64,000 nt of DNA. Source: Vicugna vicugna (Eukaryota). Numbering within the stretch: position 1 is the stretch's first letter; every line of letters starts with the position of its first letter. Below the pieces are notes generated by a model, which searched no databases, had not been told where the DNA came from, and worked only from the letters and a program-made list of their open reading frames with translations. The translations under genes and the position numbers were made by a program. The stretch is from positions 3,616,176 through 3,680,175 of the forward strand of contig MU058337.1 of assembly GCA_013265495.1 (NCBI GenBank), read 5' to 3'. Positions 49,240-61,039 of this stretch are shown here, one piece after another.

Positions 49240-50690
49240 CTGATCAAGATGAAGGGGGAGAAACAAAAAAAAAGGCAGGCCTTCTAAGGACCCAGAGACA
49301 CTAGGAATGACACGGTGGTGGCTTCTCTGGGCTATCTTTTGCTTCACATAGTCCAGACTGGGTGCTGAAGGAGACATCAACCTGGAAAAATCAATGGGTG
49401 CAGTCTGAAAAAAGCTAAAGGAAGCTGCTCTCTCTAGGCAAAGGACCAGGAAGGAAGCATGCTGCCAATACAGAGAACCCTCAGACTACCTTGAATAAAA
49501 CCATGGCCCCAAGATCACCACTGTCAGCAGAGGCAAAATTGAAAGCATAGATTTTCAACTCTGCTGAGCTATGATGACGTTCATTTATCCCTCACCAACA
49601 TGGTTTCAAAAGGCGGTCCTCTGGAGAGCTGGCAGTTTCACCCTCACCTAGAAGTAAGGAGGCTCCCCACCACATACACACAACTCGAGTGTCAGTGGAG
49701 GCCACATGAAGAATAGTAATGAGGTCCCCATCCTGGTTCCAGCTAAAATGGTCACTGCAGAGGCCTATTGTGGAGCCTGAATGATCATCCCACTCAACCC
49801 TTGTTGGTCTGGTGTCAGAGAAGGACTACTAAAATAGAGGGCTTAAATAAGATCCAGATTTTCATGACATAATGTCCAGCATATCCAGGATACATCAAAA
49901 ATCACTTAGGCCAAAGCCCAGAAAATATCTCAATTTAAATTAGAAGATAATCAACAGAAATCAACATCGGGATGACAGGATGCTGGAATCATTCGACCAG
50001 GATTTTACAGAAGCCCTCATAAAAACACTTCAGTGAGAAATTATGAACACGCCTGAGGGCAATGGAAAAGCAGGAAGTCTCAACAAAGGAACAGAAAAGG
50101 TCACCAAAGAAAAATCAAATGGAAATTTTAGGAATGAAAAATGCAAAAATTGAAATTGAAAAATTATCTGAATGGGTCCAACAGGGGAAGGGAGATGACA
50201 TAGGGAACAATCAGTTAACTTGAAGACAGAAGAGAAAAATTACCTAATCTGAACAACATAGAGAAAGGAAGGATGAAATACGAATAAAGCCTCAGAAACC
50301 GGTCGCACTATAACGAAAGATCTACATTTCATGGCCTCTGAGTCTCTGGAGGACTGGAGAAAGAGAGCAGGGCTGAAAATGTACTCCAACAGCTAGAGGC
50401 TGAAAACTTCTCAAATTTGGAAAAAGACATAAACCTACATATTTAAGAAGCTCAGCAAACCCGAGAAAGGATAAGCCCAAATAAATCCATGCCAAGATAC
50501 ATCATAATCAAACTTCTGAAAATCGAAAACAAAGAAGAGATCTTGAAAGCAGAGGGAAAGAAATGTCATCTTACGTACATAAGATAAACAATTCAAAAGA
50601 CAGTGGATTTCTCATCAGGAACCTTGGAAGCCAGAAGGAAGTGACACAACATCTCAGGTACTCAAGGAGAAGAACTATCTCCCTAAACAA
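49240..50690 (+). mobile_element. Old L1 5' region and degenerate ORF1
   Basis: ORF1-like AATCAAATGGAAATTTTAG..., GGCTGAAAACTTCTCAAATTTGG, CCAAGATACATCATAATCAAACTTCTGAAA and GATTTCTCATCAGGAACCTTGGAAGCCAGAAG. Confidence 0.8.
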
Positions 50691-50914
50691 ATAATAAGTG
50701 AAAAAATAACTTAGGAAGTTGTCATTTTTTTAAAAACTTGTGTCCCTTGATTGGATTATTTTGTGATTTATGGATCCAAACAGCAAAGTTGTTCTCCCTT
50801 TCAGTCTTAAATGTTGCCAAATATCCTCCTGAGAGCTGAAATTTCTATTCTGATATCTAGATTATTTCAAATGTATATAACCTTGATATTTCGATAAAAT
50901 AAAGTTCAGGGTTG

Positions 50915-51100
50915 ATGACAGAGTATTACATTAGGAAACAAGAATATCTGTATTCAAATACTTGTTCAACCAGTTCATAATGATCAGTAAGTATCTCTAA
51001 TAAAGGACCCTGTATCTCTGAACCTTAGTTTCTCCATCTGTTAAGTGGGATGATAATATCTGTTGTATCTCACAGTAAGAATCAAAGAGGATAGCATATA
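50915..51100 (+). mobile_element. MIR SINE remnant
   Basis: CTCTGAACCTTAGTTTCTCCATCTGTTAAGTGGGATGATAATA. Confidence 0.65.
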
Positions 51101-51359
51101 AAGCAGCAGTTTTTCAGTTTGCATTTTTTTTAAAGTATTGGACTATATGGAGCTGTCCATCACTTAATTTACTTAAAATATTTTGAGTGTAATTTTTCTA
51201 GGCATGGAGGAATAAAGAGGTCAGTTTTTATCTTTCAGGTAGTTAACTGGAGAGACAGACCTGAACACATTCTATAAAGGAGAACATGAGGAAGCAAAAC
51301 ATGTTTATAAATTCACAAATGAATTTCTATAGGAGCAGTAAGGACCTTGCTGTAAACAC

Positions 51360-51570
51360 CTGGATAAAAGCCCTGGCACTGACACTTATGTCATTGGCTA
51401 GATTGTTAATCTCTCCAAAATTCAGTTTCGTCTTTGACAACATAGGGATAGCAATAATGTATCCTTATGGAAGGGTTCTGAAGCTCAAATAAAGGCAATT
51501 CATGTGAAGCATTCAGCCAAGAGTGTGACACGTAGCTTTCTACAAAATGAGGGATTATTATTATAGTTAT
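51360..51570 (+). mobile_element. MIR SINE nested in an L2 remnant (L2 ~51170-52000, minus)
   Basis: CCCTGGCACTGACACTTA...TTAATCTCTCC...CAGTTTCGTC...CATGTGAAGCATTCAGC. Confidence 0.6.
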
Positions 51571-52733
51571 TAATCACAAGGTTATTCATCAGGAGTGGCA
51601 CTCACATGACACAGGTTTCGTGGAGTGCAGGTTTTCCAGAAGCAAGTACATCAGGAATTACAAGTGTATCCTAAGTGGATAAAGCAGAACATTGAAAGTC
51701 AAAGAGTTAGAAAGCTCCAGGATATGTTCAGTATTCTGATAGGGCTGGAATGCAATATAAATGACAAAAGGAGCACGCTGCAATTTGACTTCAGATCATA
51801 TTATCGACAATAAGGAGCGATTAAGGGTGGCTGGAGAAAAGACTGGGCGTGATAATCACTGCATTTCTCAAAGGTACTTCTGACAGCAGAGAGAATGTCA
51901 TATGTAAAAGTTCAGAGGCTGGAATCAGGAAAATCAATCGTAACATTGTTCCAATAATCCAGGTAGCAGATGACAAAGGCCTGAGCTAAAAACAGGAAAT
52001 GAGAATAAATGATGATGGGTACCAGCAACAGGAAAATGAGATCTCAGACAATGCAGGGGAACAGATTCATGGAGAGCAATCACACACAGCAGTCATGGAA
52101 AACACAACAGGAGAAGGTTTCTGAACTTGACAATTTCACCACCACAAAACCCTGACCTGAGAGAGTCTGAGACCTGTGCTAACGACCCAGGCCATCTGTC
52201 TTAGATATTCTTTAATTTCACTTTTGTGCCAAACAACTTTCTCCCTCTCAAGGGCAAATATGATGCCTTATTGACTCTGGCTGGGAAAGCAAATACCCTG
52301 AATGCCTAGTCATTGACACTTAAGAATTACATCTTCTCTAATGACTCAGTGGGTGTGATACTCAGTAATGGGAGTTCTTAATTTGTGATTTCGATATACC
52401 AAGACCTTTCTCACAGCTGAATTTTGTCCACTGATGTCATTGTCTGCAGAGATCCTGCCCACGTAGGCTGCATGCAATTTCCTGCTATGTACTCTACATA
52501 ATTGAATAATGCCCCCAACACTGGTTTTCCAATAAATATCACTCAGAACGACCTTGAAAATACCCTTTTTCCTTCAAATATTCTTCATCTAGGTCCAGTC
52601 ATTAATCAAATGAACTAACATAATAATTTATATGCTAACCTAAAAAACTGCCAAAATCATGTAAATAAGATTTTCAAGTCAAAATTGTTTTCTTTGGCAC
52701 TGCTAATTATATTAAACAATAGTCTATTAGTAT

Positions 52734-54189
52734 TGGTACCAAAACAGACATATAGACCAATGGAACAGAATAGAGAGCCCAGAAATGAACCCACAAACTT
52801 TTGGTCAACTCATCTTCGACAAAGGAGGCAAGAATATACAATGGAATAAAGACAGTCTCTTCAGCAAATGGTGTTGGGAAAACTGGACAGCAGCATGTAA
52901 AACAATGAAGCTAGAACACACCCTTACACCATATACAAAAATCAACTCAAAATGGATTAAAGACTTAAACATAAGACAAGATACAATAAACCTCCTAGAG
53001 GAAAACATAGGCAAAACATTATCTGACATACATTTCAAAAATTTTCTCCTAGAAGAAATAAAAGCAAGAATAAACAAATGGGACCTAATGAAACTTACAA
53101 GCTTCTGCAGAGCAAAGGAAACCAGAAATAAAACAAGAAGAAAACCTACGGAATGGGAGAAAATTTTTGCAAGTGAAACCGACAAAGGCTTGATCTCCAA
53201 AATATATAAGCAGCTCATACGACTCAATAAGAAAAAAATAAACAACCCAATCCAAAAATGGGCAGAAGACCTAAACAAGCAATTCTCCAAGGAAGACATA
53301 CAAATGATCAAAAAGCACATGAAAAAATGTTCAATATCACTAATTATCAGAGAAATGCAAATCAAAACTACAATGAGGTATCACCTCACACCAGTCAGAA
53401 TGGCCGTCATTCAAAAATCCAAAAATGACAAATGCTGGAGAGGCTGTGGAGAAAGGGGAACCCTCCTACACTGCTGGTGGGAATGCAGTTTGGTGCAGCC
53501 ACTATGGAAAACAGTGTGGAGATTCCTCAAAAGACTAGGAATAGACTTACCATATGACCCAGGAATCCCACTCCTGGGCTTGTACCCAGAAGGAAATCTA
53601 CTTCAGGATGACACCTGCACCCCAATGTTCATAGCAGCACTATTTACAATAGCCAAAACATGGAAACAGCCTAAATGTCCATCAACAGGTGACTGGATAA
53701 AGAAGATGTGGTATATTTATACAATGGAATACTACTCAGCCATAAAAACCGACAACATAATGCCATTTGCAGCAACATGGATGCTCCTAGAGAATGTCAT
53801 TCTAAGTGAAGTAAGCCAGAAAGAGAAAGAAAAATACCATATGAGATCGCTCATATGTGGAATCTAAAAAACAAAAACAAACAAACAAACAAAAACAAAG
53901 CATAAATACAGGACAGAAATAGACTCATGGACAGAGAATACAGACTTGTGGTTACCGGGGGGGTAGAGGGTGGGAAGGGATAGACTGGGATTTCAAAATT
54001 GTAGAATAGATAAACAAGATTACACTGTATAGCACAGGGAAATATACACAAAATGTTATGATAAATCACAGAGAAAAAAATGTGACAATGAGTGTGTATA
54101 TGTCCATGAATGACTGAAAAATTGTGCTGAACACTGGAATTTGACACAACACTGTAAAATGATTATGAATCAATAAAAAATGTTAAAAA
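52734..54189 (+). mobile_element. Young 5'-truncated LINE-1 with perfect TSD
   Basis: AAACAATAGTCTATTAGTAT at 52714-52733 and 54190-54209; uninterrupted ORF2 3' portion; 3' UTR with G-tract; AATAAA at 54172; short A tail. Confidence 0.97.
52785..53867 (+). CDS. LINE-1 ORF2p C-terminal fragment (post-RT region plus CCHC zinc knuckle). Frame is intact but it lacks EN, RT and a promoter, so it is probably not translated
   Basis: 360-aa ORF with L1 motifs [52 protein letters not shown] and [18 protein letters not shown]. The frame is open from 52731 ([18 protein letters not shown]). Confidence 0.8.
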   Translation: MNPQTFGQLIFDKGGKNIQWNKDSLFSKWCWENWTAACKTMKLEHTLTPYTKINSKWIKDLNIRQDTINLLEENIGKTLSDIHFKNFLLEEIKARINKWDLMKLTSFCRAKETRNKTRRKPTEWEKIFASETDKGLISKIYKQLIRLNKKKINNPIQKWAEDLNKQFSKEDIQMIKKHMKKCSISLIIREMQIKTTMRYHLTPVRMAVIQKSKNDKCWRGCGERGTLLHCWWECSLVQPLWKTVWRFLKRLGIDLPYDPGIPLLGLYPEGNLLQDDTCTPMFIAALFTIAKTWKQPKCPSTGDWIKKMWYIYTMEYYSAIKTDNIMPFAATWMLLENVILSEVSQKEKEKYHMRSLICGI

Positions 54190-54309
54190 AAACAATAGTC
54201 TATTAGTATAAATATCTCTCTAAAAAATAATGTATAGGTAGCTACATGAATAAACAGATTTATACACAATTCTATTATCTAATTTATAAGGTGTTGCAAT
54301 GGGCTTAAC

Positions 54310-54480
54310 ACTGTTTTAAGGGCTTTGTATGTATCGTATCATTTTAAACCATACAAGGTGAGTAATATTATTAGACCCATTTGATGGAGGAGCAAAGTGA
54401 AGTTTAGAGGGTTTAATGATGCAGTTCAGAATTAGGATGGAAAGGTCGTGAATTTAGTGAATCTGACTCAAGGGATTCCT
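54310..54480 (-). mobile_element. MIR SINE remnant
   Basis: AAGGTGAGTAATATTATTAGACCCATTTGATGGAGGAGCAAAGTGAAG...TCTGACTC. Confidence 0.55.
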
Positions 54481-55044
54481 GGTCACTACAACATGGCAGT
54501 GTGTATTCTATCACATGCATATGTGTGTAAGTTCACACGTGTGCACACGTATGTATCCTTGACCACACGAATGCTGCTGACAATACACAAGGTCCCTCAA
54601 TGCAGATGTTAGGCAGCAAGTGCCAAAGCCCTGTTAGGCAGCTTTGAAACAAAGCACAATGTCCAGCTTCAGGTTGAGTTTGTTCTTTCTCTTCCTCTGG
54701 GCCCACCTATTCGTAAATCTGAATTAAACTGCATGACAAATTCTACCATTCTACTTTCATTAGCAGTTATTAGCAATACCAATCAAATTAAATTTCTAGA
54801 AATCTCTTCATCATTTCTAAAAATAGCAAGATTTCAAATTTCAGCTTTCTACAGCAATAGTCTTACAAAATACCTGTAATTAGGGCATTGTAAATTAACT
54901 TAGGGAAGCAGAAAGTGTAATTTTCAGGTCGCTCGGTTAGTCTGAAAAGTCTGAGTTACTCTGAATACCAGCCTGAGGTATGACTGCACATTAATGAGTG
55001 ATTTAATAAGCAATTTTTACAAAATCAATCCTATTACTGTAGAG

Positions 55045-55414
55045 TGGAGGTCAAAAACTGGCAGGCTATAGGCCAGATTTTGCCCTCAGATATATGTTTT
55101 GTTTGGCCCATATAATTTTGGCCTGTCCACAGTTATAAATCTTTTGAAACAGTTGCCAACATTTAAAAATTGGGAGACACATGAAAACCTGAGTTTCTGG
55201 CTTCTTTTAAAAAGCCTGAAGGTCTGGCAAGCTGGGCATCCCTTCCCTCACAGCAGCTCGGACCTGTATCAGGATAGCCTCCCAGCACTCACTCGCTGTG
55301 GTTCTGTCCTTTATTGCTCAAACTTCATTACATTGCTGCAACACTCAGTCATAGACTTTATTCATCTACCTTGCCTGTGCAATCTCTTGTCATTATTTGA
55401 GTCTGGGCATCCCG
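55045..55414 (+). mobile_element. MER102-like hAT-Charlie DNA transposon
   Basis: TGTTTTGTTTGGCCC...GTTGCCAACATTTAAAAATTGGGAG...TTTCTGGCTTCT...TCTGGCAA. Confidence 0.75.
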
Positions 55415-55439
55415 CTTGACTACTATTGGAGTACGAATA

Positions 55440-56058
55440 TTCATCTGTCTGAATTCCATATTTCCTTAAGGGATTCTCAGCCCCTGGTGCACAGACACCT
55501 TCTCCTATTTATTCAATCAAACACTAGTCTAAGTGCTGCTGTGAAGGCATTTTGCAGAAGTAATTGAAGTCTCAAATCAGTTAACTTTAAAATCGGAAGA
55601 TTATTGAGGTGGGCCTGATCTAATCTTCGCACCTCCTCAAAAGCAGAGAATTTTCTCCAGCAGATTACAAAAGGGAAAGTCAGGGACTGCTGCCACCAAC
55701 GTGGCCAAGCAAAGATCCCCGCTGTGAACTGCCTTCCCATCCCACATAGGAAGTGAGGCAGTTAGAAGCTGACAGTGATCCTGGGACAATAGCTAGAAGG
55801 AAACCTGGGACCTTAATCCTACAACCATCAGGAAAGGAATTCTGCCAAACCGGTGAATTTGGAAGATCATCCTGAGCCCAGATGAGAACCAGAGTCACGG
55901 TCAGTACCTGGATTTCAGCCCAGTGAGGCCCTAAGCAGAGAACTCAGCCATGCCATGCTCAGACTTCCCAGCTACAGACTCAGTGAGGTAATAAACTGTG
56001 ATTGTTTTAAGCCTCTAGGTTTATGGTAGTTTTGAAACAGCAATAGAAAGCCAATACA
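55440..56058 (+). mobile_element. MaLR solo LTR (MLT1E-like)
   Basis: TATTCAATCAAACACTAGTCTAAGTGCTGCTGTGAAGG...GGTGGGCCTGATCTAATC...AATTCTGCCAA...GTTTTAAGCC...GCAATAGAAAGCCAATACA. Confidence 0.82.
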
Positions 56059-56929
56059 ATATTCAATCATTCTCTCAGTCATCCTGACGTGAAACCTTAA
56101 TATTAATATTAACATTTATTTCCAAGTCGTTGGAAGTGTGTTGCTTGCATTTACCTTGCTGCACTGCTGACCTGGTATGAGCTCTCACCCTCCCACACCT
56201 GAACTTAGGTTGTCCTTTCACCTGGTCTATCTCTAGTTTTCCCCCCAACACAAATACATAATATGCAATATTTCTCTCTTAAATTTTCAGAAGCACTTTT
56301 AAAAATCTTTACATAATCCTCAGTGCTTATCTGGAAATCATCATGGTATGTTCTAGAACAATATTTCTACAGTGAGAGGTGTGCACATTCATTCCTGAAT
56401 TTCAGATATCTCCATAAAACTTAAAATTTAATGCTTTCACATTTTCACTATGTTAAAAAAGTAACAGAAGTACACTGACCATTTGAAGTACAGGTTTATT
56501 TCCTTTCAAAATAAAAATAAATAAATAAGAATTTTTTAATTTAAATAAAAAATAAATAAAGTAAATTAAAATAAAATAAAATACAAGTTTATGACCAAGT
56601 ACAGCCAGCCATTATCAGCCTCCTTATTTATACTTGTTTGTATTGATGATTTCATCAGCATAAATTGTACTATATTGATTTTCTTAAACAGCAAGGTTAA
56701 GAAAAAAGGAGGACATGGTATAGAAGTGATGCTTGATACAAAAAGTGAAGGTTGAATCATGTCATAGTAAAATGTGAATTAAAATTTCATTGTACTTTAA
56801 ATGAAAAACAAAAATATTTTTTTCAAAAAGGAGAAAGAATAAGATAATGAGCAACTCTTCATAGTATAAATTCACTCTGCTTTGTTTTGTGATTAGCAAT
56901 TTAGTTTCAGCCAAAACAAGCAATTAATT

Positions 56930-57095
56930 AATTATAAAAACTGGCTCATGTGATTATGCAGGCCAAGATCTGCAGTTGGCAAACTGGAGACTCAGGAGAT
57001 GGAAGCGTAGTTCCCGGCCAAAAGCTGGCAGGCTCAATACCCAAGAAGAGCCAATGGTTTGTTCCTAGTCTGAAGGCCTGAAAAGACCAATGTCT
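56930..57095 (-). mobile_element. MLT2-like ERVL LTR fragment
   Basis: CTGGCTCATGTGATTATG...CCAAGATCTGCAG...CTGGAGACTCAGGAGA...CCCAAGAAGAGCCAATG...TCTGAAGGC. Confidence 0.7.
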
Positions 57096-57099
57096 TGGT

Positions 57100-57410
57100 T
57101 TCTCAGACTTTCCTTGTTTTCAATGTCCTTCGCAGTCTTAAAGAGGACTGCTCTAGTACTTTGCAGAATGTGCCTCAATTAGGATTTTGCTGAAGTTTTT
57201 CTCATGACTAGACCATGGTTATGTTGTTTTAGGAAGAAGAAACAGAGTCAACGTGTCATTCTTATCACATTTTATAAGGGTGTAAATTATCAAGGTGATA
57301 TCACCATTGATGTTAACTTTGATCATCTGACTAACACTGTGAATTCATTCCGTAGCTCACCTCCTTCATAGCAAAACATTTATATAAATTATTTTGGATT
57401 CTTCTGCATA
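57100..57410 (-). mobile_element. L1MC-like 3' region fragment
   Basis: GAGGACTG...TTGCAGAATGTGCCTCAATT...TTTCTCATGACTAGAC...TGATGTTAACTTTGATCATCTG. Confidence 0.7.
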
Positions 57411-57724
57411 CATTTTAAAATAAAAACTTAGATTGTTAATATAAGGAATCCCGTACTTCAAAACAACTGAAATTAAAAATCTAAAAGACAGGTGTAATTT
57501 TCTCAGGAATCTATTTATTATTTATCTTTCTTGTGATTTGATCAGACTCCCAAGTTTGATGACTTTGTATGCAACACAGTATCTTATAAAAGGTAGATGT
57601 TTAATAAAATTTTGTTGAATAAATTAATAAATTATGACCACCTCAAATCTATTTATACAATGTGTGTGTATGTTATAAATAAATCTCCATCATTTTCCTA
57701 ATCAAAAGGAGGCAGATAAAAAAT

Positions 57725-57955
57725 AATGTACACATTATGACTCCACACATCACTAATATATAGTGACAGAAAGCAGAGCAGGGGTTAGCTAAACTGGGAT
57801 TAATTGGAGAACTCTACAGTGATGGAAATGTTCTCTAATTTGATTGTGGCCAGAATTACACGAATATTTACATTCATCAGAGTTCTTCGATGAGTGTCTT
57901 AAAATGTAATCATTTAATGAGTTAAATTATATGCCAATAAAGTGGATTTTTAAAA
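57725..57955 (+). mobile_element. Old L1 (L1ME/L1MB-like) 3' end
   Basis: TATAGTGACAGAAAGCAGA...GTGATGGAAATGTTCT...TAAATTATATGCCAATAAAG. Confidence 0.75.
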
Positions 57956-58169
57956 AGTAAAATACGGATCTATTTTCTAAGGTTTCTTATCAGATGACAG
58001 AGAAATACCTGAAACTGTGAGAAGAAATAAGATTAGGAAATGTTAAAGATGGTTCTAAATTTAATAAGTAAAGAGAAGTGTATCAGAGACTGGTAGTTGG
58101 CCAGTGAAATTTATCTTCCCATTTGCCATATTAATTGAGTTTAAATTAAAAAAAAATATGGCCTTGTAT

Positions 58170-58560
58170 CTAGAGTATACATTTCCAGTTCTTCTTTGTG
58201 AGTGGTTATACAGCCATGTAATGAAGTCTTCACCAAATAGATGAGGAAAGAATTGACATGTATAGCCTCTCCTTACTTGCTTAAGAGAAAATGGCTTGCC
58301 TGCCCTTCCCCGATTTCTGCTTCATGACCATTACAACACGGATGTGGCTGTATCCAGCTCTGATCATGAAGATCAGATTAGAAGCTAGATATTGGTGAGG
58401 CTAGACCATCAAAGAAACTCAGATCACTGAATGCCCACGTGGAACAAAACCTACCGGCCAGTCACCCAAGGGAGGAACATGTAGGTGAATTAACATACTT
58501 CTTTAAGCCATTGTGTTTTTGGCTTCTTATGGAAGTTTAGGCTTTGCTCTAACGGAAACC
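58170..58560 (+). mobile_element. Old MaLR LTR (MLT1K/L-like)
   Basis: ACATTTCCAG...GCCATGTAATGAAGTCTTCACCAA...TTTAAGCCATTG. Confidence 0.5.
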
Positions 58561-60469
58561 AGGAAGGCTCAGGGCATTTTCTGTGGGGGTAACAGCATGG
58601 ATAAAGGCAGGGAGATATATATGGCTGGCAGTGAGCAGACATGACTCACTGTATTAGAAAAAAGGGATCGGGATAAAGGAATGGAAAATTAGGTTAACGG
58701 GATGACCAGATTGTTGACAAACATAAATTATACCATTCAGTTGGGGTGCAGCAACAGTACAGAAGAAATGAATGATCGTGAACATTGCAGGGACATGCTG
58801 AAAGCATTTCTTTAGAAAGATCAATCAGACGTATACAACTGACTGGAGGGAAAAAAAAAAGATTCTAGTTAAATAAAACTGCAGAAATCATTGAAAAATA
58901 AAGTGATATGTACTAGGGCCAAGGAAGAGACCAAAAGAATAGAAGAAATGAAAAAGCCAAGATACATTTTGAAGAAAAGAACTGACAGAAGGAGGTGACA
59001 GATCCTATAAAGGGATTAAAAAAAATTACTAAGGTACAAAAACTCAGACAATGTTGGTAATTGTCTGGAGAAACAAACAGATCATCTTTGTATAATGAAT
59101 ACTTCAATTCTATTTTCACAGGAGCTATATTCTGCTAAACTTTCCAATTAATTTCAGTAACCTGATCTTTTTAAATGGGTTGCCTGCATGAATTACAGTA
59201 TGATTCTGTATCTGAATCATATTGGTTTTCCCTGGAAATTAAATTCAAATTATATTTGTTTGCCCTTTGTTCTCCTTCTCAAGGAAGCACAGAGGTGTAA
59301 CGAAGAGAGCTGAGTGCAGAGATGCCTTCTGAGAAGACAGTGTGCTGTGGTAAATTGTGGACAGACCTCGCCAAGGTGTACGGAAGACAAGGGCTTGCCT
59401 GTTGCTCTGAAGAGCCTGTAAATAGGTGAGGGTGTATAAGAAAACATGGCGAGTTAAGGGACTGCAAATACTCTGAATGGCCAAGACGTGAAGTGAGTAT
59501 CCTAGGGAGATGAAACTGGAAAATACTCCTTTTCGCCCAGTCTCCATCCGAAAGCTCTAGGTTGGATTCACATTACCCAGTGTTGGTCGGATAGTAGGCT
59601 TTCCCTCTTCTCTTCCTCCAGCCATCTCTCCCAGTTCCAGTCACGTTATGCTCCATAACGTGTGTTGAAGTGAGACCTCCCTGGTTCCCAACCCTCCGAG
59701 AGCCCCCTCAACCCACTGCCTGAAGAATATAGTTTTGCCTCCTTGCAAGGCTATCCAGGCTTTCTAAAACCTGACTCCAAATTATCTCTCATCACCTGCT
59801 AACTCGTTCCACAAGTTACACCCTAGTTCTAGAATACAGCCTGCTGTTTCCTCTCTTTGTTCTTTCCCAGTGACTCATCCTTTACCTTCACCTTTTGAAA
59901 AATCTGCGTATCTCTAAAGGTTCAGGTCAAACAGGACTTCTTTCTGGATCTTTTTATATTATATTTGATTTTGTTATGTAGTTTACCACCTTTTTCAGTT
60001 ATTTGTTTAGTCAGGCATGACATTTTTCTGTGAAGAATTAAGGTTTAGTACTCAAATCTGAAACTTTGCAAAATGTTTCCTTTTGTTTTTTCCATATGCT
60101 TCCTCCCACCCTCTCAAATGAAGCACAAAAATCTTTGCACCAAGAGAACGAACCACACACACTTATACAAATACGTTGATGAAATTGTTTCCCTTTCCTA
60201 ACTGTTTAACTGGAGATTTAAAAGAAGAAAAATCTTACACATATTTACCAACTGGCATTTCTATTTTACTTAATTATTCAGTAGACATAACAATTTTCAA
60301 CTTCGAATGCTAATTTGTAGGTGATGATCATAAAAAAATGACCCTCCGAATATTATCTTGCCTGGCAATTCATAATACAGACAATGCAAACTGTCATTCT
60401 ATAAACAGAAAAAAATTGAAAGTATATTAAATACAATAATAATAAAAAATTTTGCTTAGAATTGTTCCA

Positions 60470-60700
60470 GAAGGAAGTGACAGAAAACCCAGTTCAAACT
60501 TATTTAAACAAACAAAAAATTAAATTAAATTAAAAGAGGATTTTATAAGAAACATATAGACTCAAAAATTGAAAAAAGATACAAGTCTAGCCACAGACAT
60601 TGCTTGATTCAAGCCTCAAATGACATCATTGATTGTTGTCTCTCGCTCTGTATTTCACAAAGGCGTTAACCCCAGACTCCAAGCTGTAACCTCTGTTGTC
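60470..60700 (-). mobile_element. Old MaLR LTR fragment (MLT1K-like)
   Basis: AAGTGACAGAAAACCCAGTTCAAACT...TTGATTCAAGCCTCAAATGACATCA. Confidence 0.5.
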
Positions 60701-61020
60701 TTCATTCAGCAAGTATCTTTCGAATGCCTACTGCACTGCAGGAAGTGTGTGTGTATGTGTGTGACTACTGAGTGAAAAGGTGAAAAATAATTCAAGGCAA
60801 GGGGCAGGAGGTGCTCAGGAAAGGCATTTTTGGTATGTGCCAGGAAAGGATGTAAAGGAAAAGAACCTCTAATGAGAAGATGTTTGGGCTAAGACGGAAA
60901 TGCAGTCAAGAATGGAGCCACGGGGTTATCTCTGTGGAGAACCTTCCTAAGCAGAAGGAAACCAAGGAAAGGCTCCTGAAGCTTGAATGTGCCTGATGTG
61001 ATAGCAAAATACAGAGGGAA
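60700..61020 (-). mobile_element. L2 3' end
   Basis: TTCATTCAGCAAGTATCTTTCGAATGCCTACTG...TCAGGAAAGGC...TTCCTAAGCAGAAGGAAAC. Confidence 0.6.
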
Positions 61021-61039
61021 CAAGCCAACAAACTAGCAG

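Noticed and set aside
52805..53365. 186-aa minus-strand ORF
   Set aside because: Antisense shadow of L1 ORF2, a common by-product of its A-rich codon usage.
54537..54550. 14-bp palindrome ACGTGTGCACACGT
   Set aside because: Within chance expectation and part of a CA/TG-rich patch.
59642..59662. 9-bp stem hairpin CACGTTATG-CTC-CATAACGTG
   Set aside because: Stems this short are expected by chance in 64 kb.
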